IMG/VR virus record: IMGVR_UViG_3300042260_000337
Strand: one strand, 5' to 3'
Source: a virus
Lineage: Duplodnaviria > Caudoviricetes
Length of the DNA: 64,000 nt
The notes beneath the pieces were generated by a model. That model saw only the letters and a program-made list of their open reading frames with translations. It was not told where the DNA came from and did no database searches. Both the position numbers and the translations under genes were made by a program. The first letter of the stretch is position 1; each line of letters starts with the position of its first letter. This document shows, in pieces, positions 8,951-19,948 of this stretch.

Positions 8951-11392
8951 ATGGCGTTTGATGGATTTTTTCTCACCACTAAACAAGATGTGGATGCCAG
9001 ATCAAGATTTGAAAAAATAAAATCGCAGCTTCCAAATATAAAGATGCTTCATATTCCAAAGGATACGTGGGAAGACAATACCATGGTATCTGCGGTTGTT
9101 GAAGCAGTCCAAGAAGTCAACACTAGGTATTTTTGGGTTATAGACCCAGATGTTTTAGTTGATGACGAATTTGATTTTTCTTTTGAGCCTGATGAATGGA
9201 ATAAAGATGTTCTTCATTATTGGAACTGCGAAACTAGAAACGACACCAACCGAGTAGTTGGAATAAAACTGTATAAGACAAAAGATGTTTTTATTGGAGT
9301 TGACGAATATGTTAATAAGTCTTATTACTTAGATGTCCCTCATTTAAATCATACAACAACTCTTCCATCTTATTCACCAACAAAAGAAATATACGATGTT
9401 TTTCGTGTGAATAACATATATGACATTGAGCCATACGCAAATCAATCATACACTACTATGTTTTGGATGATTGATAACGCTGTGTCTCCATATATGAAAG
9501 ATATTGACACATTTGAGATTTCTCCATACGATCAGGGGCTTATTCATAATTTCTCTGTGAAATTACCAAATGGGTCGGTTGTTATAAATGGGATTCGACT
9601 GGTTCCAAAACGTTATGACTTGACTATGCAAAAGGACATGTATGACGTATTGGGCGATGTGGACAATGTAGAAATCGTATATGCCAGAACACCAGAAGAT
9701 GCAATTGAACTAGCTAATTCATACTCATTTTGGATGGTAAATCCAGATTTAGAATTGATAGAGCCATCTGTAATAGATGAGTTCTATCCAAACATTCATG
9801 ACCCCATATCCGCGCATGTGTATAAAATTCAATCCAAGTCAGGGAACGATTTTGGATACGGCGGTATAATGTTTTTGAATAAAAAATATAGTGCGGGTTC
9901 TATTAGTCATCTTGACCGTTTTGCAATGACAACTCCATCCGTATGCAGGGTTCCAATATATAATAGCAGGGACCACCATGATGTCTTCGTGAATAAGTCA
10001 AAAGATGATTACCTTTATTGGTATGTGGATTCAGCAATATCAACTCTTGACGAGTTCAAATACGATTTTTATCCTGATATATATAGCATGAATAATGTCT
10101 TCACTTTCAATGGTGGCGGCGGTGGGACAGGGGTTTATTTTGTAAATCGTAAGTTCTTGTCTCAGTTTGAATTGACAGAAGAAGATTTTCTTTATGACCG
10201 TTTTCAGAATCTAAAACATATTGACCAAGTGGTAAGCAAGTCTGCGTCACATCCAGTGTTTTATTTTGACGAAGGATTGTATCCAGAAAATACTAAAAAA
10301 ATCAAATCTATATCTGATATTCAGGTAATAGACTCAACTGATTTAGAAGCTGCATATGTGCAAGCTGCTACTCTTACGACCACAGGATATTTCTGGGCAA
10401 TTGATAATGATGTTGAACTGAAAGATTTCAATTTTCCAAGATCGTATTATGTTGACCGAGCAAACAAATCACACTATGTTGTGTGGCCCAAAGAGAACCC
10501 ATACACGGGTCTTGTTTACCAATATGGCGGCGTAAAGTTGTGTCCATCTGAAGCAACCCTGCATCTAAAACCAGATGCCGACAAAATTCGTAGAACCAAC
10601 TTTGCCAATAAAATTCACGTCAAAACGCCAACGGCAAGGTCGCGTGATATACCATATGATACCATATTTCTAAGTTACAATGAACCATTTGCCGATGAGA
10701 ACTACGAAAAACTATTGAAAAGAGTTCCAAATGCAAAACGTGTTCATGGCGTTAAGGGTATCTTTAATGCACACAAGAAGGCAGCGGAACTGGCAGAAAC
10801 AAAAATGTTTTATGTAGTGGACGCTGATGCCATTCTACTTGACGAGTTTGAATTTGAATACTTTCCTAACTATTGGGATGAAGACACCGTTCACACTTGG
10901 CGTTCAAAGAACCCAGTGAATGGATTGGTATATGGATATGGAGGTCTGAAACTATTTCCTACTAAACTATTGAGAAATGCAACCGATTGGAAAATTGACT
11001 TCACCACATCGGTGACCGATAAATTCAAACCCATGCAAGTGGTTGCAAACTACACTGCATTTAATACCGACCCATTCAACACTTGGAAATCCGCATTTCG
11101 TGAATGCACTAAACTAGCAGCAAACATCATTCAACGTGGTGACTCTACAGTAAACAATGAAAGACTTACTACATGGTGTGAAGTTGGTGCAGACAAACCT
11201 TTTGGCGAATACGCCATTGCGGGTGCCAAAATGGGAAAGGCACATGGAACTAAATATTCAACAAATGAAGTTGAAATTTCTAAGATAAACGATTTTGAAT
11301 GGCTAAAAGCCAAATTTGAGGAAACATACAATGACAACAGCAACAAGAGAACGCAGAGCAAGAAGAAACTCCAAAATAAAAAAGCACGATGA
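8951..11392 (+). CDS. Multi-repeat glycosyltransferase-like protein (about six degenerate DxD modules)
   Basis: Repeated F-W/Y-x-x-D-x-D...G-(I/V/L)-K-L segments; the last module (FYVVDAD...YGYGGLKLFP...WKSAFRE) looks intact. Confidence 0.6.
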   Translation: MAFDGFFLTTKQDVDARSRFEKIKSQLPNIKMLHIPKDTWEDNTMVSAVVEAVQEVNTRYFWVIDPDVLVDDEFDFSFEPDEWNKDVLHYWNCETRNDTNRVVGIKLYKTKDVFIGVDEYVNKSYYLDVPHLNHTTTLPSYSPTKEIYDVFRVNNIYDIEPYANQSYTTMFWMIDNAVSPYMKDIDTFEISPYDQGLIHNFSVKLPNGSVVINGIRLVPKRYDLTMQKDMYDVLGDVDNVEIVYARTPEDAIELANSYSFWMVNPDLELIEPSVIDEFYPNIHDPISAHVYKIQSKSGNDFGYGGIMFLNKKYSAGSISHLDRFAMTTPSVCRVPIYNSRDHHDVFVNKSKDDYLYWYVDSAISTLDEFKYDFYPDIYSMNNVFTFNGGGGGTGVYFVNRKFLSQFELTEEDFLYDRFQNLKHIDQVVSKSASHPVFYFDEGLYPENTKKIKSISDIQVIDSTDLEAAYVQAATLTTTGYFWAIDNDVELKDFNFPRSYYVDRANKSHYVVWPKENPYTGLVYQYGGVKLCPSEATLHLKPDADKIRRTNFANKIHVKTPTARSRDIPYDTIFLSYNEPFADENYEKLLKRVPNAKRVHGVKGIFNAHKKAAELAETKMFYVVDADAILLDEFEFEYFPNYWDEDTVHTWRSKNPVNGLVYGYGGLKLFPTKLLRNATDWKIDFTTSVTDKFKPMQVVANYTAFNTDPFNTWKSAFRECTKLAANIIQRGDSTVNNERLTTWCEVGADKPFGEYAIAGAKMGKAHGTKYSTNEVEISKINDFEWLKAKFEETYNDNSNKRTQSKKKLQNKKAR

Positions 11393-12278
11393 GTTATACG
11401 ATACTCTAGGCGTTGACCCTTCTCTTACTGTGGACCAGAATGTCGTTATGGACGTTGGAGTGGAAATTGAAGAGATAATTTCCAACGAGAGCCGTAACCG
11501 AAGAAAGAAGCGCCCGCTGGCGATGGTCGACTACGACTATCAAGCGATGGCGATTGAATATTCAATGGAAAATGTTCCACAGCAACTTGGAAACTACCGT
11601 AATTCCATGGACTTTTTGGCTCATATTAACTTGATTGGCAACGACAAAATTGTTGATAGGTTGAAGTCTGTGATATATAATTTCCCAAATATAGACATGA
11701 GTAGCTTTCTTAATAAAGAGAACGCAAAACTTTATTCTTGGATTTGTCAGCATCTAAGTTATACACTGGGGGAAAAGTATATCGGGTCGGTCTATGTTCT
11801 TGGTGGTGGCATGGGTCTGCTAGGAGCAATGTTACTAGATACAAAACTGCGTTTCGAGAACATCCGTAGTTTTGATATCAACGGCGCTGGCCAATTTTTG
11901 GCAGACGAGATGATGGCGGCAGAACTTCTAATGGATTGGCGGTTCAAGGCAACTACAAAAGACCTATTTGATATTGACTACGCTCGTAATCTATTCTCGT
12001 GCCGCCTACAAAATGGTTCTTTGAGTGACCCATTCAAAGAAATACCAGGAACCGTTATTAACACGAACATGAGTTACTTGAAGAACAACAAAGACTGGTA
12101 TGAAATGATTCCAGATTTGCGCCGTGTGGTTATTGTTGGGGAAACTGGTGATGATGTTCCATATCCATTCCCAAGTTCACAGGCGTTTAACAAGAAGTTT
12201 CCGATGAGCTATGAACTCTATACTGGTGTTCTCAATGTAGGCAAAAAACAGTTCTTTATGAAAATAGGACACAGATGA
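11316..12278 (+). CDS. Class I SAM-dependent methyltransferase-like protein (degenerate motif I)
   Basis: VYVLGGGMG, IRSFDI and VINT; paralogous to 42159..42746. The start may be at 11331. Confidence 0.55.
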   Translation: MRKHTMTTATRERRARRNSKIKKHDELYDTLGVDPSLTVDQNVVMDVGVEIEEIISNESRNRRKKRPLAMVDYDYQAMAIEYSMENVPQQLGNYRNSMDFLAHINLIGNDKIVDRLKSVIYNFPNIDMSSFLNKENAKLYSWICQHLSYTLGEKYIGSVYVLGGGMGLLGAMLLDTKLRFENIRSFDINGAGQFLADEMMAAELLMDWRFKATTKDLFDIDYARNLFSCRLQNGSLSDPFKEIPGTVINTNMSYLKNNKDWYEMIPDLRRVVIVGETGDDVPYPFPSSQAFNKKFPMSYELYTGVLNVGKKQFFMKIGHR

Positions 12279-13363
12279 TATATCGCTACGAAGATGTTAG
12301 GGTTGTCCATTTAGAACTTACTGAACGGTGCCAAGCATCTTGCCCAATGTGTGATAGAAATATGAGGGGCGGCAAGTTAAATCCTAACTTGTCGCTCAAC
12401 GAACTATCATTGTCAGACATCAAAAATATGTTTTTGCCAGATTTTGTAAAGCAACTGCAACGTCTGTATATGTGTGGTAACTTTGGTGATCCAATTGTTG
12501 CAGATGATACATTAGAAATTTTTGAATATTTTCGTAGTCAAAACCAAAATGTGACGCTTGGGATGAATACAAACGCTGGTGCAAAGAAACCAGAATGGTG
12601 GAGAGAACTAGCTAAGGTGTTGGGTCCAAACTCATACGTGAATTTTTCATTTGATGGATTGAAAGACACCAACCACCTTTATCGTCAAGGCGTCAACTGG
12701 GATATCGCAATCACAAATGCAGAGGCGTTCATAGAGGCTGGCGGAAAGGCACATTGGGATTTCCTCATATTTGAACATAATGAACACCAAGTGGAGCAAG
12801 CTCGTGAACTAAGTCAGCGTATGGGATTTCATAAGTTCACACCAAAAAAAACTGCACGTTTTTATTCGACTGCCCGCGCTGATGGCAAAGAAGAGCACCA
12901 AGCGGTAAACCGTAAAGGCGAAGAACAACAGCTATTGCAAAAGCCAAAAGAAGTCAAGTATCAAAACAAAGAGATTTCCCGCATCAACGAGTTAAAAGAA
13001 AAATACGGCTCGTTGGAATCATATTTCGATAATGTTCAAATCAAGTGTAAAGTGGCAGAAGAAAAAAACCTTTTTGTGTCGGCTGAAGGATTGGTTCTTC
13101 CTTGCTGTTGGGTTGCTGGTAACATGTATAAGTGGTGGCAAGTTCCTGGCGAAAACCAAGTATGGGAACTCATTCAGCAGTCTGGCGGCAAGGATAAATT
13201 TGACGCAAAAGTTCATGGCATAGCTGGTGTTCTCAACAATGAATACTTTTCACATCGGTTAGTTGACAGTTGGGGCAAACCAAATATACACTCTGGAAAA
13301 TCTAAAGTATGTTCTGAAAAATGCGGAATAGAGTTCGATCCATTTAGTGCGCAGTTCAAATGA
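12275..13363 (+). CDS. Radical SAM protein with C-terminal auxiliary Fe-S motif
   Basis: CQASCPMC, GNFGDP, SFDG; C-terminal C...PCC...CSEKC. Confidence 0.9.
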   Translation: MIYRYEDVRVVHLELTERCQASCPMCDRNMRGGKLNPNLSLNELSLSDIKNMFLPDFVKQLQRLYMCGNFGDPIVADDTLEIFEYFRSQNQNVTLGMNTNAGAKKPEWWRELAKVLGPNSYVNFSFDGLKDTNHLYRQGVNWDIAITNAEAFIEAGGKAHWDFLIFEHNEHQVEQARELSQRMGFHKFTPKKTARFYSTARADGKEEHQAVNRKGEEQQLLQKPKEVKYQNKEISRINELKEKYGSLESYFDNVQIKCKVAEEKNLFVSAEGLVLPCCWVAGNMYKWWQVPGENQVWELIQQSGGKDKFDAKVHGIAGVLNNEYFSHRLVDSWGKPNIHSGKSKVCSEKCGIEFDPFSAQFK

Positions 13364-13908
13364 AATTTGTGAACCTACAAGAGAAATTCAGCACCTTCAA
13401 ATACTATCAGTTTGATAGTCTTTTGCCGTTGAATATAGTTCAACAAGCGGCAGAAGAAAGCAAGAGGTTCACTCCATTCCTTGTAGAAAAGACAAGGACT
13501 AGCAACACGCAACGAATATGGATGAACCAATTATGGATGACTGTGTTCAGTGAAATTGCTGAACAATTCGATTCCGATGAAGCAAAAGAAATGTTTAGCG
13601 ATATAACGGGAACTGACTATAGAAAGATGAGAACTCGTCCCGAACTGTGTATTGACAAACAAGGGTCATGGCTTGAACCCCATGTGGATGACCCCGCAAA
13701 AGAACTTACGCTTCAACTATATCTGAGTGGACATGGGCGAAGCACTACCATAGGAACCACTTCGACTGAAATAAGTATAGGTAGCGGATGGTTCTTTGTA
13801 AACACTGCAACCGAGTGGCATCGTCTTCCGCCATTGGAAAACGATAGGACTAGTATCATTATTAATTATGTCAATGAAAAGTGGAATGATAAAACTGTGC
13901 TTGTATGA
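13360..13908 (+). CDS. 2OG-Fe(II) oxygenase
   Basis: PHVD (HxD), WH and RTSIIINY (Arg binding 2OG). Confidence 0.8.
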   Translation: MKFVNLQEKFSTFKYYQFDSLLPLNIVQQAAEESKRFTPFLVEKTRTSNTQRIWMNQLWMTVFSEIAEQFDSDEAKEMFSDITGTDYRKMRTRPELCIDKQGSWLEPHVDDPAKELTLQLYLSGHGRSTTIGTTSTEISIGSGWFFVNTATEWHRLPPLENDRTSIIINYVNEKWNDKTVLV

Positions 13909-14864
13909 TTGATCGTATATTCTTTGAACATTCAAATCTGTATATTGACTGGCAACTGAGTGACATTTGTAATTACAAATGTCACTATTGTAATTTTGAG
14001 AGTAAAGGGGGAATGAACCCTTGGCCAGAATTAGAAGCCGCTAAACAGTTAGTAGATGAAATAGTTCGTAATAGCAACCATGGGTATAGAACGTATAACC
14101 TTCTTGGTGGAGAGCCAACACTATGGAAATACTACGGTGAACTTTGCCAATATATAAAGTCAGTTGATGACAATTGTGTCATACAGACATTGACCAACGG
14201 TTCAAGAACTCTACGATGGTGGCAGAAGTTTGCTCCGTATATGGACAAGGTTGTTATAAGCCATCACAGTGCATCGTCGTCGGCTGAACATACATCGGAT
14301 GTAACAAAGATATGCTCATCGCATTGCAGTGTGAGTGTTCAAGTATTGATGGATGCTACTAACTTTGACGAGTGTGTTGAGCACTTTGATTATCTTATCA
14401 CAAATAATATAGGTTCAAGGATAGTAGCAAAGAAGGCTGAAACTACGCTAGGAAGCGGTAAATGGATGGAATACACTCCATCTCAACAGGAATGGCTTAT
14501 TCATAGCTTTCAAAGAACAAGAGATAATGAGTATCAACCCAGTCCATATATCAGAACTAAGTCGGTCATTGACCGAAAGGTAATGGCGGGAAATGGAGAA
14601 AAACGCTGGTTATCCAGTAATAAAGAGATTATACTAAATGGCTGGAACCATTTCAAAGGTTGGCGTTGTAATATTGGAATTGATATGCTTTCAATTCGTC
14701 CTAACGGAGATATAAAACCGAGTAGTGCTTGTTTCAATGAGGTAATACTTGGTAATTATAAGAATGATGATTTTGTTCTAATTCTTCCGTTAGCAGGGTA
14801 TGAGTGTAAATATGATAGTTGTTTTTGTGGGGCGGATATAGAAATTGAAAAATACAAACAGTGA
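13905..14864 (+). CDS. Radical SAM protein with C-terminal Cys cluster
   Basis: CNYKCHYC, LGGEPT; GWRCNIG...AC...CKYDSCFC. Confidence 0.9.
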   Translation: MIDRIFFEHSNLYIDWQLSDICNYKCHYCNFESKGGMNPWPELEAAKQLVDEIVRNSNHGYRTYNLLGGEPTLWKYYGELCQYIKSVDDNCVIQTLTNGSRTLRWWQKFAPYMDKVVISHHSASSSAEHTSDVTKICSSHCSVSVQVLMDATNFDECVEHFDYLITNNIGSRIVAKKAETTLGSGKWMEYTPSQQEWLIHSFQRTRDNEYQPSPYIRTKSVIDRKVMAGNGEKRWLSSNKEIILNGWNHFKGWRCNIGIDMLSIRPNGDIKPSSACFNEVILGNYKNDDFVLILPLAGYECKYDSCFCGADIEIEKYKQ

Positions 14865-16017
14865 TACTTTCTGTGCATTACCTTGGATGCACATTGCAAC
14901 CAGCCCCGGCGGAACCTTTCGTGTGTGCTGTAATAGCGACAACAAGAATAATAAAATATTGAAAGAGGATGGAACTCCATTCAAGATATACAAAGATTCG
15001 ATTGCAGATGCAAAGAACTCTCCTACCTATAAACTGATAAAAGAACAGATGTTGAATGGCGTTCAACCACCAACATGCAAAAGGTGCTTCAAGCAAGAAG
15101 AAGCTGGATTTGAAAGTAGTCGCCAAGTTTATAACCACGTTTGGGCAAATCGGGTAAAACTGAATGAAGATACGGAGACATTGTATCTTGACTTGCGATT
15201 GGGAAATCAATGCAATTTGAAATGCAGAATGTGTAACCCATATTCAAGTAACCAGTGGGTGAATGAGTGGGAACAATTGTATGGTAAGTTTTCTGAGAAT
15301 GAAAGAACTTGGCTAACTGACATGGGATGGCAGAAATCAGATAGAATAAACAAAAATCTATTTGAACTTGCACATACTGTTGAAGAAATATATCTAACGG
15401 GCGGCGAACCCACGCTTATCAAAGAGCAAGACTTATTACTTGATTACTGTATTGAAAATGATTTAGCCAAAAATATAAATCTCAAATACAATACAAATCT
15501 CACACATGTTCCAAAAACTCTAATTGACAAATGGGTAAAGTTTAAAGGAGTGTTGTTGAATTGTAGTATTGATGCGTATGGCGATTTGAATACGTATATA
15601 CGTAATCCTATCAAATGGTCAAAGATTGCCAGAAACTTTGAAAAGGTAAAAAGAATACCAAATGTCAAGTTGGATGTATGTATCACTGTTCAAATATACA
15701 ATATTCTTTACATGAATGATTTGCTTGATTGGGTAATAAATCAAGACCTTCCAAACACCATGATATTTTTCAACATTCTAGAAGAACCTGACCAATTGAA
15801 TATAAAATCTTTACCACTAGAGTTAAAAAAAATGGCAGCATCAAGATTGAAGCCATACTTTCATTTGCCAAAGCTATCGGGTGTTATTGACTATATGATG
15901 ATTGAGCAGCGCAACGATTGGAGTAAGTTTATTGAGTTCACAAAGACAGTTGACGCAATGCGAAATGAAAGTATAGTTTCTGTTGTCCCAGAGTTCAAGG
16001 AATACTTCAGTGATTGA
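14845..16017 (+). CDS. Radical SAM protein with N-terminal twitch-like domain
   Basis: CALPW...VCC...CKRC, then LDLRLGNQCNLKCRMC and TGGEPT. Confidence 0.92.
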   Translation: MKNTNSDTFCALPWMHIATSPGGTFRVCCNSDNKNNKILKEDGTPFKIYKDSIADAKNSPTYKLIKEQMLNGVQPPTCKRCFKQEEAGFESSRQVYNHVWANRVKLNEDTETLYLDLRLGNQCNLKCRMCNPYSSNQWVNEWEQLYGKFSENERTWLTDMGWQKSDRINKNLFELAHTVEEIYLTGGEPTLIKEQDLLLDYCIENDLAKNINLKYNTNLTHVPKTLIDKWVKFKGVLLNCSIDAYGDLNTYIRNPIKWSKIARNFEKVKRIPNVKLDVCITVQIYNILYMNDLLDWVINQDLPNTMIFFNILEEPDQLNIKSLPLELKKMAASRLKPYFHLPKLSGVIDYMMIEQRNDWSKFIEFTKTVDAMRNESIVSVVPEFKEYFSD

Positions 16018-17116
16018 TTGCTTTGCTACCCGAAATAGCTTTCAAGTGGACGCCCAAGGCAAAGTGTCTCCTTGTTGCAAGTTCAAGGGTAATTATTCGC
16101 ATATTGATGAATACCAAACTGTTGGGGATATTTTTTCTGACCCTCGCCTTTCCGCATTGCGAGAAAATCATCGGCAGGATATTTGGACAAAATCTTGTGT
16201 CAGATGCGAGCAAGATGAGGCGTCACAGAAGCAAAGTCGTAAGCAGATGTATGAAGTCATTGGACTTAGCAACGACGATTTTTTTGTTGATGTGAGCCTT
16301 GGAAACTACTGCAACTTGAAGTGCAGAATGTGTAGCCCAGAAAATAGTTCTCAATGGGTATCAGATTACAACGCACTGATTGCCGAAGGTTTAGTATCGG
16401 CAGTAAAATATACGAACTATCTTATGAGTGAGCATACAATAGAAATGATTGCATCTTTCATTGACACTGTGAAAGGTAGAATTGTCATAGAAGTAAAAGG
16501 TGGTGAGCCTCTATTGATGCCAAACAGCCAATCATTTTTTGTGCGATTGAGTGAGTGTGTTAATTCAAAAAACATAGAGATATGGATTGCAAGTAACGGG
16601 ACAAAAATACCAGATTGGTTTTCTGACTGTATTAACCGATTCAAAAAAGTTGAATTGAGTATAAGCGTCGATGGCAGCGGAAAGGTTTATAATTATATTC
16701 GCGGGTCAAAACATTCGTATGAGGATATACTATTAAATTCAGCTAATCTTTCTAATATAGAAAACGTTGTTCTTCGTTTTAATGTTGTTGTTCAAAATTT
16801 AAATATAAAAAACGTTGCTGACTTGTATGATGATTTATTTTCGATAGTAAAATCCCATAATAGAATAACTCTCATTGTATTACGATTTCCTGAGTATTAT
16901 CAATCAAACATATATCCAGACAGAGAGAAGCAGCCCATATATATCAGTTGGGCTGGTAGAACAATAAAATACAATCCGAGCTATAATGCGATGGCAAACG
17001 TATTTCTTATGCCAAACGATGAGGTTCAATGGAAAGCCTTTCAAAAAATAACAGAGGTTCTTGATAGTCGCAGACATCAAGACATTTCGGAGATAGACAA
17101 ATGTTTGAAGATATAA
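16010..17116 (+). CDS. Radical SAM protein with N-terminal twitch-like domain
   Basis: Probable GTG start at 16010, overlapping the upstream stop; DC...PCC...CVRC, then CNLKCRMC and KGGEPL. Confidence 0.9.
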   Translation: MIDCFATRNSFQVDAQGKVSPCCKFKGNYSHIDEYQTVGDIFSDPRLSALRENHRQDIWTKSCVRCEQDEASQKQSRKQMYEVIGLSNDDFFVDVSLGNYCNLKCRMCSPENSSQWVSDYNALIAEGLVSAVKYTNYLMSEHTIEMIASFIDTVKGRIVIEVKGGEPLLMPNSQSFFVRLSECVNSKNIEIWIASNGTKIPDWFSDCINRFKKVELSISVDGSGKVYNYIRGSKHSYEDILLNSANLSNIENVVLRFNVVVQNLNIKNVADLYDDLFSIVKSHNRITLIVLRFPEYYQSNIYPDREKQPIYISWAGRTIKYNPSYNAMANVFLMPNDEVQWKAFQKITEVLDSRRHQDISEIDKCLKI

Positions 17117-17922
17117 GCAACCGACCAAGAATAGACCCACTCACCGAACAAGTGTTGAATGAGTATAACCTTTACTACTACGAATGTCCGTTGAATGAAA
17201 TCCCGTTTCAGTCATGTGGCAGCAAAGAGTATATTCCAGATGATACCATACTGTTTCATTATCGCAATCTGAACTATCACTTGTTGTCATACACAAACTA
17301 TTTCAAGCCAATCATTGGAAATATAGTGAGAACTGGATGCTGGTTGGTGACGGATATGACAAGAAATGGAATACAGAGTCCACTCAGTATGTTTGAAACA
17401 CATGTCCATCCTGGAAAAAAAAGATATATGGTTGCAAACTATTTACAGGTTGACAGAGTTCCAATATTGTGGCAAACTAAACAGTCGCATCCTACCTATC
17501 AAAAAGTATCAAACATGTCAGACCTTTCGGATGTATACAAAAACAACTTTAGCACTCGTGTTGAAGTGTATGAAAATGAAATGAAGTTAGAATGTAGCTG
17601 GCATGGCGCTACCAACAGCCGCGATGCCAAGGGGTATGACAACTGGTGGAAGATAAGCAATGAATCTATAGGTTCAAACGTTATACTTGACTACATCACT
17701 CGCTACGGTGTTCGCATCAATGACACCAGTGTTCCATTTTATATATTGGTGGATGATGACCTTCATTTTGATTGGTGGCAGTTGTATTTTCATTTTGACC
17801 CAACTGTATATCGCAAAGTGTGTAAGACTGGTAAAATAGAAATCATAAATACCTTTGCAAATAACAAAGAAACTATTTACGATTGTAACCTTATGAAAAC
17901 TCTATTGCGGCCAAATTTATGA
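17101..17922 (+). CDS. Hypothetical protein (273 aa)
   Basis: Coupled ORF within the operon. HVHPGKKRY weakly resembles the ParB/Srx GxxR motif. Confidence 0.65.
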   Translation: MFEDISNRPRIDPLTEQVLNEYNLYYYECPLNEIPFQSCGSKEYIPDDTILFHYRNLNYHLLSYTNYFKPIIGNIVRTGCWLVTDMTRNGIQSPLSMFETHVHPGKKRYMVANYLQVDRVPILWQTKQSHPTYQKVSNMSDLSDVYKNNFSTRVEVYENEMKLECSWHGATNSRDAKGYDNWWKISNESIGSNVILDYITRYGVRINDTSVPFYILVDDDLHFDWWQLYFHFDPTVYRKVCKTGKIEIINTFANNKETIYDCNLMKTLLRPNL

Positions 17923-18545
17923 ATAAATCAAACTCATTAGAACATTTGTTTCCACTTCACCTTTTAATGAAACGAAAGTCCGAGTTTAGGACAGTAATTG
18001 ATGTTGGCGTGAATAAGATTCGATACTTGGAGTTTTATAGCCAATATTTTGACAACGTAATAGGAGTGGAGCCAAATCCTATTACATATAGTGAAATGTC
18101 AAACTGGTTACCAAGTAATGTTAGATTGGATGGCATATGTCTATCTAATATTTCTAACGTTACTACCTTTTATGGATGCATGTTGGATTCTGGTTATAGC
18201 ACGATGATACGAGATAGATATAATCAACTCATTGAAGACGGCGAGTTTTCTAAAGACGATTTTATTGAATATCATATTCCAACCGATAAGATTGATAATA
18301 TTTACAAGAATGAAAATTCAGTTGACCTTATTAAAATTGATGCAGAATATGAAGATATAAACATATTTCTAGGTGCGATTGACTTGGTGAATAGGAATAG
18401 ACCTATAATTCAAATTGAACACATAGAACATCATATTAACACTGATGTGTTTTTTGATACGATTAAAGAAATTAACTATGTTGAGATAAAACCATACTTT
18501 GAAAGTAGAAATTATTTTTTCATACCGAAAGAAGATATTATATGA
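17919..18545 (+). CDS. FkbM-family methyltransferase
   Basis: VIDVGVN, GVEPNP, LIKIDAE and RPIIQIE. Confidence 0.85.
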   Translation: MNKSNSLEHLFPLHLLMKRKSEFRTVIDVGVNKIRYLEFYSQYFDNVIGVEPNPITYSEMSNWLPSNVRLDGICLSNISNVTTFYGCMLDSGYSTMIRDRYNQLIEDGEFSKDDFIEYHIPTDKIDNIYKNENSVDLIKIDAEYEDINIFLGAIDLVNRNRPIIQIEHIEHHINTDVFFDTIKEINYVEIKPYFESRNYFFIPKEDII

Positions 18546-19948
18546 GCAATGAATATCCCAGTAAAACATTTTGTGCCTTGCCGTGGGTTCACCTAAGCAC
18601 CAGACCTGATGGTTCAATGCGAGTGTGTTGCACCGCAAACGCATCAAGTGTTGGCCCAACGAATGACAAAGAACATGGTGGTATGGTTGGTGTCCTCAAA
18701 GATGATATGGGAAAGCCAAGTAACCTCAACGTAACCGATTTCCTTACCAGTTGGAACAGCACGTATATGAAGAACGTGCGAAGACAAATGATGAATGGTG
18801 AAATACCGCCATCTTGCACCAAATGCTTCAAGGAAGAAGCCGCTGGCCACAATTCAAAAAGAATGTGGGAAACCAATTATTGGTCACAACGTGTTGACAT
18901 AAAACAACTGGTTGCCGATACAACTCCAGATGGTGAAGTTCCGCCGAAACTATCCTATATTGATTTAAGATTTGGAACAAAGTGCCAACTTGCTTGTGTC
19001 ATGTGCAGTCCACATGATAGTAGCAGTTGGATCAAAGACTGGATGGTGATACACCCACAAATTCAGAACCCATCCCTAAAAGAAAACACTCAGTGGGCAG
19101 ACAAAGGTTCCATCAACGGCAGTAGCTACAACTGGCACAGAAACAATCCTGTGTTCTGGCAGCAGTTTTATGAACAAATTCCAAATATGCAGCAAATTTA
19201 TTTCGCTGGTGGAGAAAGTCTTATCATTGATGAGCACTATGAGATATTGGAAGAATGTATTCGTCAGGGTCATGCCAAGAACTTAGAGCTACGATATAAC
19301 TCAAACGGCGTTGAATGGAGAGAAGACCTCTTTGACCTGTGGAAAGAGTTCAAACTGGTTCGCTTTCATTATTCCGTTGATAGTATTGGCGACATGAATA
19401 GTTATATTCGTTACCCAAGTGAATGGAAACGAACAGAAGAAGTATTTCATATCCTTGATAACGAAACCCCAGACCATGTAGAAATAACTGTAGCTTGTGC
19501 TGTGCAAGCACTCAACATATACTATCTGCCAGACTTTATCAAGTGGAAATTAGAACAAAACTTTAAGAAAATCAACATGTGGCCATTCGGCGCTGGCGGC
19601 ATAAACTATCACTTTGTGTATCATCCGCCTCACCTGAACGTCAAAGTGTTGCCAGCTTGGTTCAAAGCAGAGTGCCGTAAAAAATATGAAGAGTTTTATC
19701 CTTGGTGGGAAGAAAACTGGGAAAAAGGTATACCAGAATGGCATCGCGGTAAAGTCACGTTTGACATGTGGAAGAACGCTGGATATGGATTGAAGCGGTT
19801 AGAAGGAATGCTTCAATTTATGGAGAGTGAGGATTGGAGCAATCGCCTACCAGAGATGGAAGAATTTTTGAAGTTGTGTGACCGTCAACGCAATCAATCT
19901 TTTTCTGCTACATTCCCAGAAATGAAGGATATATTCAAATATGACTGA
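18542..19948 (+). CDS. Radical SAM protein with N-terminal twitch-like domain
   Basis: CALPW...VCC...CTKC; IDLRFGTKCQLACVMC; AGGESL. Confidence 0.92.
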   Translation: MSNEYPSKTFCALPWVHLSTRPDGSMRVCCTANASSVGPTNDKEHGGMVGVLKDDMGKPSNLNVTDFLTSWNSTYMKNVRRQMMNGEIPPSCTKCFKEEAAGHNSKRMWETNYWSQRVDIKQLVADTTPDGEVPPKLSYIDLRFGTKCQLACVMCSPHDSSSWIKDWMVIHPQIQNPSLKENTQWADKGSINGSSYNWHRNNPVFWQQFYEQIPNMQQIYFAGGESLIIDEHYEILEECIRQGHAKNLELRYNSNGVEWREDLFDLWKEFKLVRFHYSVDSIGDMNSYIRYPSEWKRTEEVFHILDNETPDHVEITVACAVQALNIYYLPDFIKWKLEQNFKKINMWPFGAGGINYHFVYHPPHLNVKVLPAWFKAECRKKYEEFYPWWEENWEKGIPEWHRGKVTFDMWKNAGYGLKRLEGMLQFMESEDWSNRLPEMEEFLKLCDRQRNQSFSATFPEMKDIFKYD

